A stretch of DNA of 64,000 nucleotides, taken from NCBI GenBank assembly GCA_951406725.2, contig OX597823.1, positions 78,430,001 to 78,494,000 on the forward strand. Reading direction: 5' to 3'. Of this stretch, positions 1-13,570 are shown one piece after another; position 1 is the stretch's first letter; each line of letters starts with the position of its first letter. The stretch is from Octopus vulgaris. Taxonomy: Eukaryota. Made by a program: the position numbers and the translations under genes. The notes under the pieces are model-generated. The model saw nothing but the letters and a program-made list of their open reading frames with translations. It had not been told where the DNA came from and made no database searches.

Positions 1-19
1 AACTTCCATGCGGTTTCTT

Positions 20-222
20 GGCCTACTAGAAATGGAAGCCAAACGTTCTTCAAATTATAACCTACCATCTTTAAAAAAAGGAAGGACACTATGAATAATG
101 TAGTACAAGATAGACTAATATTAAAAATATAACAGGATGGGACTGTTATATCTTCAAGGTCTATGATGATACGGGTGCTCAACCAGATCTAATCAAAACT
201 TAAAAAACAGGAGCAATAACAA
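20..222 (+). repeat. Family H interspersed repeat with (CAA)n-like tail (other copies at 19325-19520, 46740-47525 minus, 54140-54660, 63595-63740 minus)
   Basis: Shared blocks ctagaaat(g/a)g(a/c)agccaaa, tcttaaaaa..aggacac and the aaacaacaac end. Confidence 0.65.
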
Positions 223-307
223 CCCAAAAGCATTCTTTTAAACTGAAACCTATCTTAAATTCTTCTTTTCTTCACCTCATTACCAATTTCTAATTTTAAA
301 GAATCTG

Positions 308-389
308 TTTTCGGTATTTTATTATTAATTTCTATTTTTGAGTTTTCGGTATTTTATTATTAATTTCTATTTTATTATTAATTTCTATT
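308..389. repeat. Short tandem duplication
   Basis: (ttttcgg)tattttattattaatttctatt repeated 3 times. Confidence 0.8.
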
Positions 390-1064
390 CACCTTAGAGT
401 TTGTTACGCATTATTCAACAATGTTTAGCTCACATACAGATGTAATATCAACCAATTAAAGTTAAGCTTGTTGCATTAAAGATCAGATGCACTCTCTCCC
501 CTGCTTTATTGCCTTTTAAATTTTGGATAATCAAAACATCGTAAGTTTTCTCTCTTGCCCTTTTTGTGACTAATTTTCATTACCACTAACGAGTGTTCTT
601 CTTAAACAACCATGACAAGATCTCATACTAAATACTGTCAACCAGCACCAGCTGAGCCCTTGGGTCATCTCAGGTATGCTCATCCTGTCCTTAAATAAAT
701 CGTTTTTTTTTTATCTAATACTTCTCTTACTGTGGTAATAACTTAATTGCTTAAAATTATTTTCGGTTCATCATCTTAAGTCTGGTAGCTCACATTCAAT
801 ATTATCCCATGCTGACTTTGATTTGATTCCCCTTTGGACATTTTCATTGTTGTTAACAGCTGTCAATATTTTCCAGTCTTATGTGTTTCTATTTATTTCC
901 TCCCCCTCAGATAAGAAATATTCCTCATACAACTAAATTGCTTTTTTTTCCTTTCTTTCACTAATATTAAAGATACATATTCGTTGAAATGATTCCTTGG
1001 ACACTGAAAAAGCTTATGAAGAAATACAGTCTTCTAATTATTTATAATAACTGCTACAGTAAGG

Positions 1065-1280
1065 GTTTCAAATTTTGACACAGGGACATCAGTCTTTGAG
1101 GGGAAGAGCAAGTTGATTTCATGACTGATACTTATTTTATCGATTATTTGATTGGATCTTTTTATCCCTCCCCATCGAAAGGATGACAGGCAAATTCATC
1201 TTGATTGAATTTGAACTCAAAACTTAATGATGGATGAAATGTTGCTAAGCTTTTTGCCTGGCATGCAAATGACTCTGCCT
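1065..1280 (-). mobile_element. Degenerate family B SINE monomer
   Basis: Reverse complement of the family B core (cgaaaggatgacaggcaaa...gaatttgaactca). Confidence 0.7.
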
Positions 1281-1340
1281 GCTTGCTTTCTGCTTTTATA
1301 ACAGCTATGATAAAAACAGAAACAGTTTTCCTAGAATTAA

Positions 1341-1754
1341 GGTGACGAGTTAGCAGAAACATTAGCACGCCAGGTGAAATGCTTAGCGGTATTTTGTCTG
1401 CTGTTACGTTTTGAGTTCAAATTCCGCTGAGGTCGACTTTGCCTTTCATTCTTTTGGGGTAGATTAAATAAGTACCAGTTACGCACTGGAGTCGATATAA
1501 TCGACTTAATCTGTTTCTCTATCCTTGTTCGTCCCCTCTGCATTTAGCCTCTTGTGGGAAGTAAAGAAATAGGTATTTCATCTGCCGTTACATTCTGAGT
1601 TCAAATTCCGCCAATGTTGACTTTGCTTTTCATTCTTTCAGGGTCGATAAATTAAGTACCAGTTACACACTGGGGTCGATGTAATCGACTTAATCTGTTT
1701 GTCTCTCCTTGTTTGTCCCCTCTATATTTAGTCCTTGTGGGCAATAAAGAAATA
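1341..1754 (+). mobile_element. Dimeric tRNA-headed SINE (family B, Meta-like core) with 23-bp TSD
   Basis: Head has gagttcaaattcc B-boxes. The core gtcgactttgcctttcat...taagtaccag is duplicated. TSD agaaacagttttcctagaattaa at 1318-1340 and 1755-1777. Confidence 0.93.
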
Positions 1755-2708
1755 AGAAACAGTTTTCCTAGAATTAAAATATTTTCCTAATACTGTAGCT
1801 TCTTGACAGCAAACATCATGTGACTTATCCTGGTCCTATAATACAAAAATCCTTCATTTAAAAATATTAATATTTAAATACAAACCTTGCATTTTACATA
1901 AGAACCTTTCTATTAAAGTTATATTCTAAACTCCAGGCTAGTGAAAGGAAAAAACCATTGCTACTTTAACTAAACTTTGGCAAATCCTTAGTTATTTTCA
2001 TAATTAATTAAAAGATATAGGTATGTATTATTTTTTTACAAATATGGTCCAACAAGGGTTAAAGAAGAAATTAGAATACTTCAGAAATAAGATTACATCG
2101 AAGTAGACTGTTTATATATTGTGAGTGCAATACTCAAGTCGACAGCCTATTCAATATGTCAACTGTTATTGAAAGCTGAGGCATTAATGCGTAAACTGTT
2201 GTAGTTAATACATATCATTATTGTTATGAGAGTTACATATGCAATAACAATGAAATTTGGTGTATTTTATTTTATTCTTTTGCTAGTTTCACTCATTGGA
2301 CTGCAGCCATGCTGGAGCACCCCTTCCAGGGCTTTTAGTCAATCATATTGACCGGTACTTTGTCTGGTACTTATTAGATTGTTGTTCATGTACGAGAGAA
2401 AATATGAAGTTGATGTGGGTGTAAGGGGAAACATTTCAGTCTGACATTAATACCATAGAGTATTTCTGATCGAATGCACCAGCTATTATCCAATGCAGAA
2501 AGAAACACACGCACACACACACATGTATATGTATGCATATATATATATACACACACTAGGTTCCATAGTCTGTTTTCCTTTCCAAACCACACACACAGAG
2601 CTGTTTCTTCCTCTGTCAGCAAATACATTGTATACATAGGTGTAATGTTTCCATTTGTTGTAGCGTACAATGTTTGCTAAAAATTCATAGATCTGCTCAA
2701 CAGTATAT

Positions 2709-2773
<65 letters not shown>

Positions 2774-3592
2774 TCACACACACACACAAACTACACACAC
2801 ACACATATATATATAAAAATGTATGTATCTTCCTAGACAAGCTGGATGACCACATTTCACTCCTATGTTCCATTTCATATACATGAGCATGCATATGTGT
2901 CTCTTTTGTGTGTGTGCTTGTCCCCCCCCCCACACACACACATGCACACACATATTGTCTTACAACAGGTATTCATTTGTTTACATCCTCATAACTTAGC
3001 ACTCTGACACAGGAGATTGATAAAATAATTACCAGGCTTTGAAACAAGTAAGTGCTAGGGTCAGTTTGTTTGACCGAACCCATCTAGGTACTGCTCCAGC
3101 TTGGCTACTGTCTAATGACAGAAAAAAGTAAGGAATGAAAAATACCTAATAAGTTAGTCTCTGTGCTAGAAATAGGAGTTGTGTCTCCCTCAGATACTAA
3201 TCTAATGCAGTGCTTTCAAAAGAGTGTGTTGTGACACTTTACTGTTGCTTAAATGTGTGTCATGACGGTTTACTGAGCCACCTTGTGGTGTATCATGAAA
3301 TAAAATCGATTTTGTTCAATTTTTATGAATACTTGGCTGTGAAGTATGTGTGATATCTGACAACTCTGTGTGTAATTAGACAACTGACTGGTGACACCTG
3401 ATATGATATTTAATTGCTAATGAAACTTAATTAATGTGCCATGAATGTGAATAACTTGAAAAGTTCTTGAATATTGTCATAACGATTTTTATACTAACTA
3501 GACTAAGACCACATCTAGGGAGTGAGAAACTCTAGGAAGAACAGCAGAAGGTCTTCAGAAAAGAATCTACACCATTCATACAAGTGTTTTAA

Positions 3593-4117
3593 CCCTTACA
3601 TTCTTTACACTCTAAAGGGGCCAGGCTGTATCCAAGTTATGACTCCTGGGTACTCTTCTGCTGCTTCACTCTGTGCAATTATTTGCATTGCAACCTTCCT
3701 GAATGATTCGGCTACTTGAGACCCAAGGTTCTTTGCATGTTGTAACCAGTTGGTCTTAGGGTAATTTATGCCTTTGAAATTCACTTCTATTTCACTTTGG
3801 CTAGATCCAACTGGAATTCTTCTTCTCTGCTTCTGCTATTACCTTTGTCCTAGAAACTGCGAGCCACTTTATGACAATGTTATAAGATCTCCCATTTTTG
3901 ACACAACTGTTTGCATAAATGTATGTTTGAAATGTAGAACCATGGTATTTGCTATTGTGTGCAGACTATGAACAGAAAGACAATGTTTGTTACACATTTG
4001 TTAGGTTTTGTGTTATGTAAGGTGTTGATGCTGTATTTTTAGCATGCTTTGGTTCATGTGACCTTGATTTGCAAGCAGGAACAACCTTAGAAAGACAAGA
4101 TGAACATTGCAAGGGAT
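3593..4117. mobile_element. Possible piggyBac-type non-autonomous element
   Basis: ttaa|cccttacatt at the left end and attgcaaggg at the right end; the right TSD is not conserved. Confidence 0.35.
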
Positions 4118-4126
4118 TATATATAA

Positions 4127-4203
<77 letters not shown>

Positions 4204-4205
<2 letters not shown>

Positions 4206-4344
4206 AGGTTGTCCCAAAAGTTCGTAGAAAGTCTTGGAAAATAATAGTCTTTATTTTGAGGAATAATTTTTGTTGTTTTTGTTAGTACTTGGCGAGTAAA
4301 ACTTCAATTTTCGCAAGTGTTTACGAACTTTTGGGACAACCTAA
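4204..4344. mobile_element. Mariner-type MITE, 141 bp
   Basis: 23-bp TIR t(a/t)aggttgtcccaaaagttcgta with 1 mismatch, TA on both sides, inside (TA)n. Confidence 0.92.
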
Positions 4345-4906
4345 TATATATATATATATAATTTAAAATAATAAGGGTGAAAAATTGAATATTAATTACA
4401 TTAATATCAATTTATAACCAGTAATTTAGCATATAGAGAACATTCCTTTCTTAGTGAAAAGACCATAGGGAGTTGACTTCTAGCATAATGGATGTCCACT
4501 GAGTGGTCATCCTTCTTATATGTATATATATATGTAGGTATGTATGTATATATATATATATATATAAAAGAATATAAGGATAAACAGCTTGTTAATGATT
4601 TTTATCAATTAGTCAGCATGCTATAAATATTTATAGGCAATTAATACATTAAATTAATAATAATGTACATATGTATATAATAATATCAAGTGAGATTGGG
4701 TGAGAACGACCTTTCTCCAGCATGCTTGAAGTGCCGATACCTTCAAAAACTACCAAAAACTCTAGCTAAAATATACATGTGGCTGAAATCGGGCTAGTGA
4801 GAGAAAATGAAAAAAGACCTCATGTTAATATATATAAATGTATGTATATGTGTATATATACATATATAAATATACATATGTATATGTATCTACATATACA
4901 CATATG

Positions 4907-5100
4907 TAGATGGTGTGCTGGAAAGTTCCTGGCTTTAGGTAAAAGAAAGTACAGGAGAATTGGTTCATTATGATTTTATTTAACATAGTCCTCTCTCAGA
5001 TTCACACACTTATTGCAGCAGTCCTTCAGTTTTTCTAAGCCCTGTAAAAGAACTCAGAAGGTTGGGCCTCCAGACAGGCATTTTGCAATATCTTTAAAAC
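4907..5100 (-). mobile_element. Mariner deletion derivative retaining the transposase C-terminus
   Basis: Minus strand about 4978-5060 reads SEFFLQGLEKLKDCCNKCVNLREDYVK*, resembling mariner ends (F..G...L..RW.KC....GDYVE). TIR-like gtgctggaaagttcctggcttt near 4915. Confidence 0.75.
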
Positions 5101-5254
5101 CACAGTTTGCAAAAGTCACAGAATGAATCAGATGCTGAGAGTCTCATCAATTGGCATTTCTCAAACTGGTTTCAAACAACGGGGTCATAAATATATATTC
5201 TGGTGAACATGGCATTTCTATGGATTGTTCTGGAACAGTTATAATGCCATGCGG

Positions 5255-5486
5255 TTACTCTTTTACTCTTTTAATTGTTTCAGTCATTTGACTGCGGCTA
5301 TGCTGGAGCACTGCCTTTAGTCAAAACAAATCGACCCCAGGGCTTATTCCTTGTAAGCCTAGTACTTATTCTATCAGTCTCTTTTGCCGAACCGCTAAGT
5401 TACGGGGATGTAAACATACCAGCATTGGTTGTCAAGTGATGTTGGGGGACAAACACAGACACACAAACATACACACACACACACGC

Positions 5487-5517
<31 letters not shown>

Positions 5518-5678
5518 TACGACGGGCTTCTTTAAGTTTCCGTCTACCAAATCCACTCACAAGGCTTTGGTCAGCCCGAGGCTATAGTAGAAGACACTTG
5601 CCCAAGGTGCCATACAGTGGGACTGAACCCAGAACCATGTGGTTGGTAAGGAAGCTACTTACCACACAGCCACTCCTT
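5255..5678 (-). mobile_element. tRNA-headed SINE family A (about 420 bp, internal TA/TG microsatellite, (TAAAAGAG)n tail)
   Basis: Reverse complement of the consensus ggagtggctgtgtggtaag...ggttcagtcccac...ccttgggcaagtgtc...gcagtcaaatgactgaaac. Confidence 0.92.
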
Positions 5679-6059
5679 GCACATTTTTCAACTGGTATGG
5701 CTGTTAAGCCATTCAATAAATAAATAAATAAATAAATAAACAACAAAAATTTAAAGATATATGCATACTTGCACACATAATAGAGTTCAGGCAAGCCATT
5801 TCAAGAATATGGATTACCCACATGATATTGTAATTGTTTTTATAATGTTTCCCAAAACAATCCAGGGAAATGCCATTATCACCTGTATATAAATTTGTGA
5901 CCCTTTTATTTGAAATCAATTAGATAAGTACCAGTGCATAAACTCTTGGCCCTTGGGTCACTTTGTAACTTCTGCCAATTATCAATAATAAAAAAGTGTA
6001 TATACTCATGCTTTGAACACTTTTCGTGATTGCATTACCGCATGTATATATATATATAC

Positions 6060-6118
<59 letters not shown>

Positions 6119-6214
6119 CATATATATATATCAGAAGGTTTGGAGGTGATGTACAAATGACATTAAATGATGATGAGGATGATGATGATGACATATATAT
6201 ATGTCATTACCATA

Positions 6215-6377
6215 AGTATTTTGTCTGTCTTTACTCTCTGAGTTCAAATTCTGCCATGGTCAAACTTTGTCTTTCATCTTTTTGTGGTCAATAAGACTAA
6301 TACCAGTTAATCCCTGGGGTTGATGAAATCGACTTACACTCCCCAAAACTGCTGGCCTAGTGCAAAAATTTGAAACA
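6215..6377 (+). mobile_element. Family B SINE monomer, degenerate
   Basis: ctgagttcaaattctgcc...ctttcatc...taccagtt...tgcaaaaatttgaaac. Confidence 0.75.
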
Positions 6378-6382
6378 TATAT

Positions 6383-6684
6383 ATGTCTACTACTATAATC
6401 TCAGGCCGACCAAAGCCTTGTGAGTAGATTTGGTAAAGAGAAACTGAAAGAAGCCCATCGTATATGTATGTGTGCGTGTTTTTTATGTCTGTGTTTGTCC
6501 TCCCACCATCACTTGGCAACCGATGTTGGTGTGTTCATGTCCTCATCACTTAGTGGTTTAGCAAAAGAGACCGATAGAATAAGTTCTAGGCTTACGATGA
6601 ATAAGTCTTGGGGTCAATTTTGTTTGACTAAAGGAAGTGCTCCAGCATGGCCACAGTCAAATGACTGAAACAAATAAAAGAATA
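6383..6684 (+). mobile_element. Family A SINE, 5'-truncated
   Basis: Matches the family A body and tail. Confidence 0.88.
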
Positions 6685-7177
6685 TGGCTTGAATTACATA
6701 TATGTATGAATGCATGTAAGTATGTATGGATGGATGTCAGCGTAGAATAAGGGCATTAAATAATGATGATGATAGGAGATATGCCATATACGATGGTTGA
6801 TGAAGAAGGTTTAATTGGAAAGGTAGAAAATAAATACAGGTTAAACAGCAAATCCTTTGATAAAATCTTGACTAAAATGTTATCAAAGAACTACTGTCAT
6901 GGTAGTCTGATTTCGTTTTACAGACAAACACAAAAATACGCAATCAGAAGCATAACATCAGGCTGGAATGTTTCCAAAACTTAATCAGATTTTGAATTAA
7001 CGAAGGCACTTCAGTTTTAATTCTAGTCAGCAATTCCACTAAACTTTAAAACTATTCTAATGATTTTCTCACAACAAATTGGTTTCACCAAGTTGAAGTT
7101 GGCAACAGCATAGCTTGGTCTCTTTTAAAGAAGACATCTTTACAAAGAAGGGAAATATTTCATAATAAATATTTTAA

Positions 7178-7942
7178 GTGCAGGCTTGGCTGTGTGGTTA
7201 AGAAGCTTACATCGTAACCATGTGGTTTGGGGTTCAATTCCATTGTGTCACACTTTGGACAAGTGTCTTCTACTATTGCCCTTGGCCAACTAATGTATAT
7301 ATAGAGAGAGATATATCATTGCTATTATGCAAAAGTGTCATAAGTCCGAAACGTTGCTTTTTCAGAAAGTGCAAAAATAGTTTCAGAATTCCATTTCTTT
7401 TTACATTAGCAGCAGTTTCAGCTTAACAATAATACTTTGTTGGGTGCATAAAATCGTAAATCCATGCATGTATGATATTTTCAGTCAGAAATATTTTTGC
7501 AAAACGGTCGTATGTGGGGCTTACTGCACTTTTGAAATGCTAAACTGCTGTACTACACTTTGACAATTTTCATCTGAAGCAGCTGGAGATACGATAGTTT
7601 GACCCAAAGAACCAGCTATTGTAAGCAAAATTAAATATTGAAAAAAAAAGCATTCGGTCAAATTTGGCCATATGACATTTTAACATAATAGCAACGACAT
7701 AATTATATATATATACACAGGATGTCCATGAATTGCCTTTACAATTTGAAAAATTAAATAAAGTATGAAAAATAAGGGTAACTTAGTAAAAATTATTGGA
7801 AGTCATAGACAAATAGGTAAAGTTTTATCAAAATCGTCAGAACTCTGGAACATAGGCTCCATTTGTTGCATGTAAGTTTGATAGATACAATAATTTGTAG
7901 AAGGCATAAAAAAGATTTAAGAACACTCTATATATGTGTGTG

Positions 7943-7977
<35 letters not shown>

Positions 7978-8190
7978 TTGTGTTTATCCCCCCCTGCCCA
8001 CCACTGTTTGTCAACCTGTGTTGGTTTGTGTAATTCACTGAAATTTAGTTGTTCAGCAAAAGAGACTGATGTAATAAGAACCTGACTTAAAAAGAATAAG
8101 TTCTGGTGTTGATTTGTTTTGACTACACCCGTCAAGGTGGTCTCATAGAATGGCCACAGTCCAGTGAGTAGAACGCCTAAAAGATAAAAC
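7178..8190 (+). mobile_element. Old family A SINE split by about 640 bp of inserted DNA (7295-7930) that includes a decayed Tc1/mariner-like MITE
   Basis: Head at 7178-7293 and tail at 7935-8190. The insert has degenerate TIRs caggatgtccatgaat (about 7717) and atttaagaacactcta (about 7915-7930). Confidence 0.65.
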
Positions 8191-8462
8191 AAAATATTTT
8201 GGTGTGGGAAGAAAGAAAGAAGAAAAAATTCTACAATAAAATCTCTAGAATGATTAGAATAAATTGTATATAGTTAAATATGAAACTAGAATAATAATTG
8301 TTTATATAATGCATAGAGCTTGGCAGAAAGAAACTGCTAGAATAAGTGCCAGGATTTAAGAAAATAAGTATCGGGGTTAATTTTTTGGCTAAACCCTTCA
8401 AAGTAGTGCTCCAGCATGGCTGCAACCTAATGACTGAAACAAGCAAAACTAATAGTAACAAA

Positions 8463-8833
8463 AGCACTTAGAGAGTGCAAACCTCCACCAAGGCAACACC
8501 AACGTCCTCTCATTAATTAGCTGGAGATGATTTTTAAAATGAGAATATTTGAAATAAACTCGACTGCTCTCACAAATGAGAATACTAAAAATGAACCTGA
8601 CCGCTCTCAAAAATTAAGTAAAAAAGCAAGAAAATAATCCAGAATCCTTGTCTGGCACCAGCTGGATCCCAAAATCTAATCGATTCGTGCCAGTCACGAG
8701 GCCAAACACTCCTGGAAGTTTCATCTGAATCCATCCTGTAGTTCTTGAGATATCTTGTCCATGGACAAATAAACAAACAAACAAAAACGACTGTAAAACA
8801 ATACCTCCGCCTCCGCTAAGGTAGAGGTAATAA
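8463..8833 (-). mobile_element. Helentron-associated HINE/DINE-1-like element
   Basis: Minus strand: ttattacctct..., a 5' inverted repeat, (gttt)n, 3' subTIR ccttggtggaggt and stem-loop gcactctctaagtgc. Homologous to 50573-50945. Confidence 0.8.
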
Positions 8834-9628
8834 TGATAATATCTCTAATGTCATCCAATTCCTTCATCTGAAGGCAAATTTCAGTTGTTTGTATATGAAA
8901 TAGAAGATTAGAAGAAGAGGGCTTATTGAGTGAAGGGAGAACAAAGGTCTGCAAATGACTACCACGCAAACAGTGCAGAAGAACCACTTGAACATTCCAT
9001 AATGGAATTAGGTTTTACTTATGTTGAATGTGAAGAGAAGAATGCATACCAAATCAGGATAATACGTCAAGGAGGTGTTAGAAGAAATGCAGTTACATGG
9101 ACAGTTCCACAGATTACGGAAAATGAGAAAAGTTATGACACAACATAGGAGTGATTCAAGTGTTGAGATTTGTGAGAAAGTGAAAGTTTGTGCTTGCTGA
9201 AGATCAAGCTCTAGACACTAGTTCAGTGGATAAAAGTATTAATTCCACTGTTTCAACAAACAAGTGATGCCTATGTAATTAGTGAGTAAAAAAATATCGT
9301 GTATATTGAGTGGTATGCAACAAAATTTTAGCTAAGAAAAAATACAAGGGCTGTCTTAATAAAGTTTGTCTCAGTTTACCCAGGTCACTTTGTAAAATAT
9401 ATAAATAGACGCAGGAGTGGCTGTGTGGTAAGAAGCTTGCTTCCCAAACACAAACTTTACTGCAGCAGAAACCATGAGAAAAACTCTCATATAGGCTTTT
9501 GACGAGACCAATGGAGGTAAAAACCCATGATCCAGAGGTCTTGGTGCTGGAGTTGGTGGGGATTTATCTCCCCATTATGGATATAAACAAGCATGCACTT
9601 TGCACCAAAATACTATATGAGAGTTTCT

Positions 9629-10043
9629 TATTTCTCTACTGTCCACAAGGGGCTACACACAGAGGGGACAAACAAGAACAGACAAACGGATTAAGTCAAT
9701 TATATTAACCCCAGTGCATAACTGGTACTTAATTTATCGATCCTGAAAGGATGAAAGGCAAAGTTGACCTCTGCAGAATTTGAACTCAGAATGTAACGGC
9801 AAACAAAATACCTATCTCTTTACTACCCACAAGGGGCTAAACACAGAGAGGACAAACAAGGACAGACAAATAGATTAAATCGATTATATCAACCCCAGTG
9901 TGTAACTGGTACTTATTTAATCGACCCCAAAAGGATAAAAGGCAAAGTCAACTTCGGCAGAATTTGAACTCAGAACGTAACGGCAGACGAAATACCACTA
10001 AGCATTTCGCCCGGTGTGCTAATGTTTCTGCCAACTTGTCACC
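9629..10043 (-). mobile_element. Dimeric family B SINE with 15-bp TSD
   Basis: Reverse complement of 1341-1754. TSD tatatgagagtttct at 9614-9628 and 10044-10058. Confidence 0.92.
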
Positions 10044-10200
10044 TATATGAGAGTTTCTATCATGGTATCTCTATCATGGTTTCTATCATGGTAACTCTCT
10101 ATATGAGAGTTTCTGTCATGGTATCTACTGCACAAAACTTTGTTCTAATAAAACACCCATGTTTAAGTGGGTTTAGATATATATATTTATATATTTAATA

Positions 10201-10602
10201 CTAGCAGTATTGGCCGGCGTTGCTCGGGCTTGTAAGGGAAATAACTATATAAGCATTTTTAGAGAGTTATAGCCAAAAAATAGCAAAAAATGCATTAAAA
10301 ATGGAAAAAAAATGATGGTAATTTTTTTTTTAAATCGTTGAATCATCGTAGACATTTTTAGAGAGTTACTTCCCTTATATAATAGCGAAAAAAATGCATT
10401 AAAATGGAAAAAAAATGATGGTAAATTTTTTTTAAAATTGTAGACTCATCGTAGACGCGTGCTAATACCCAGAAGGGCTCAATATGAATCACGACTATAA
10501 GATACCCGGTTTTGGTTAAACTGCACCGCAAAATGTGGGAGTAGTTAGGAATCTAAATCGTAGGAGACAGACAGCACACAACCTCACTTTTATATATAAA
10601 GA
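10201..10602 (-). mobile_element. Non-autonomous Helitron
   Basis: Minus strand A|TCtttatatataaaag ... cccgagcaacgccgg hairpin ... CTAG|T, with an internal duplication of about 120 bp and no TSD. Confidence 0.85.
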
Positions 10603-11156
10603 TATATACTTAATATTGTTATAAGCAATCAGTCATTACACAGCATTTAAAATTCAGTTGACAGTATGCTTATTTGGAAACAAAATTGGCTTTACGCATA
10701 TTTAAAAAATGTTTTCTTTTCTTTTTTCCTCTTAGTATGAAGGGTTTCACAGCAAAATGTGTGCATTACATGTTAACAAATATAACTAAGTAAAACCTTG
10801 TCCTAGTAACTTGTTAGGTTCCTAACAAGTGTTTTGAAACTTCTAGCTTGTATGCTAATTGTCATTAATGTGATTTCAAATTCAATTCACCATTTTAAAG
10901 AAATTAAATTTTCATTAATCATTTTCTGTTATCTCCTTCATTCTGTGTCTGTGTGCAGCATAATTAAGATAGCTTCCAGACAAATAACACATGCAGGTGG
11001 AGCTTGTATGTGCTTTGTGGCTTTTCAATATTTGAAGACAGATATATAAAATAGCAAAATCATGTTAGAAAATTAGTTTGCTGGAAAAATAGTAATAGAC
11101 TTGATGTAATCTCGACAATTAGGCAACATATTGTTTCTCTCTCACTCAGTCAATAA

Positions 11157-11174
11157 ATGTATGTATGTATGTAC

Positions 11175-11205
<31 letters not shown>

Positions 11206-11342
11206 TGTATGTATGTATGTTTGTATGTATGTATGTATGTATGTATGTATGTATGTATGTATGTATGTAGGTTTGTATGTATGTTTGTATGTATGTATGT
11301 ATGTATATATGTATGTATGTAGGTTTGAATGTATGTATGTAC
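11157..11342. repeat. (TATG)n microsatellite
   Basis: Directly visible. Confidence 0.95.
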
Positions 11343-11399
11343 ATAATTTATATATATATATTAACCAAAAATAATCTTAGAAAAATAAAACCAATTGGC

Positions 11400-11690
11400 C
11401 AATGGGATATACACAAACGGCAGAGACAAATACAGGTATATCAAATACTATACATCATAAACTCTTGATTCGTTAACGCTATCTCCACCTTGAGAGGATG
11501 TCATAATTACCAAATGGCAATTATGAGCTGCTCAATATGAGTAGAGGAGACAAGCTCAAGAATCAAGTATTTTCAGGAATTAATATTCCATTGGCAATAA
11601 GGGGACAATTGTTGACATATGTTTCTGCCTCAATAGGTGTTATCAACATGAAATTTGTCCTAACCTTTCTCCAGCAGCCAAGGGACATGT
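11400..11690 (-). mobile_element. Penelope-like relic (family P4, copy 1) with decayed hammerhead at 11610-11650
   Basis: Minus strand catg-ttgataa-cacctattgaggca-GAAAC-atat-GTC. Aligns with 24180-24440 and sits between microsatellites. Confidence 0.5.
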
Positions 11691-11698
11691 ATACATAC

Positions 11699-11749
<51 letters not shown>

Positions 11750-13570
11750 GGGCATATAATCCGGGTATGTTAGGTGTGCAGTGCACACCCATTAAAAATG
11801 GCAAATTCATTATAAATATTAACCTTACTCATTAATTTATTCACAAATCTTAATGGAAAACTTTTGTTATACCTCTGCTTGAAATTTGGTGGCATTGAGT
11901 GTAACAACACACCCAGTACAACAACCACCATATGCCACTGCTATATATATATATATTTATTGACTTCATTTGTTTGTTTTATATCCATTATTACATGCTT
12001 GCATAAGTTAGACAAATACAGCTCAATACCCTTTTTGTTGCTAACTCTCACTTCTTTTTAAGTTGGGAATTTTTTTTTTTTATGTTAAGTACAAAGCTAG
12101 AGGACAGTTTGATAACAAGGAATGTCAATAAATGACACTTTTTAGCACAGCACTTTCATACGAAGATGCAGAATGTAAAACATTTGCAGTTACAATGAAA
12201 AAAAACATGCAGTAAATGCTGTTAAACACAATGAAATAACAATACTTCATGACCAGATGTGGGTGGTGAACATCTGTATGTGTTTGTTTAATTTCATTGA
12301 CTGAAGCCACCAACATTGACAACTACTTGTGGGTTTCTCGTGTAGAAAACAAAATCAAATATGTTTGTTGGTTGCCTTACGAAAATAAAATTCAAAACAA
12401 AAACAAGCAATCCTAATAGCAGGCATCACAAATTTCATTTTGGTCTTTTATTTGCGCAAACATCAAAAGAATTAAAATGAGAGCTTACTTTACTTAAGGC
12501 AAGGAGAATTATTCTTCAACAATAGAAAAGAAGTAACCTTATATCCAAACTAAGAACAAGGATAAATAGAAGAAGAAAAAATTGCAAAATAAGGAAAGAA
12601 TAGAGGAGGGTGTTAGAGGCAGACTGATATTAACATGAATTCTTTTGTGCTCAAAGTTCATAGATTTACTTTTGATTCATAAAATAGGGGCAATAGTTAC
12701 AGGTTTATATGGTATGAATTACCTACATTAAATGCTGGATCAATGCAAGTACTTTATTGAACCTAGCTAGAGAAAGCCATTTGATCAGGTAATCTTGTTG
12801 CTAGTTTTCTTCTTTGCTTATAGACTGTTCGTAACTTATGGCATGGAACACATATTCTTTCAAGTGGCTAAACAGAAGTGCAAAACACAACGAACATCAG
12901 TAAACAAAAATTATATGTTTAGCAAAAAGGCAAACAGGATACATACTAGCAGACTCGTCTCTTATCTTTGTATGCAGCAATGTACGGCTTTACTGACCTC
13001 ACTGACTTTTAAGTGGTAGATGGGCAGCTGTAACATGGCATGGAAATGTAGTCATTGTGTACATAACTTTATATCATTGCATAAGGGGGTACTATCACTA
13101 TGGACCTGATGCTTTCTCGCTTCATATCCTTAATGGCCCTTTCTACTACACAATAGTCAACCTTAGTAGCTGGTCTCTTTGTTGGTCACGAGTTTACCCT
13201 TCTTTTCCCAATATATTCTTACTTAACAATTGTTCGTTTATTAATCTAGCTGGTCTGGCATTATTTCTAATCAATCTAAACATCTTAAATTAATTAAAAT
13301 CTATTTTTTGCATATATGTCATATTACTAATAATGTTGGGGTTTTCTATTGGCTATGGGTTTTATTTTATTTTTCTATATTTAATTCTTTTGAATTCAGT
13401 AAATATATTTATCCGATAACATGCTAAGAAAATAACCTCTATTTCTCTGCCTCCTCTCCCGTCACTATCATTATCAGACTACACTTTTAGCAAACACATT
13501 TTTTTACTTACTATGTGTGCTTAATTCGTTGATAGCCTGTTATATAATCTTTGGTATAATGTCTTTGCAG

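Noticed and set aside
3208-3470. Possible hAT MITE (cagtgctttcaaa... / ...ttgaaaagttcttg)
   Set aside because: TIRs are too degenerate and no 8-bp TSD is visible.
6763-6984. ORF MIGDMPYTMVDEEGL... weakly like a hAT transposase segment (also WVSRVE near 12330)
   Set aside because: Similarity too weak to call without a profile search; at best a decayed transposase, not a host exon.
8930-9148. 72-aa non-repetitive ORF upstream of the LDLa exon
   Set aside because: No CUB or LDLa motifs and no convincing splice sites; at most a faint resemblance to an RTE-type LINE C-terminus.
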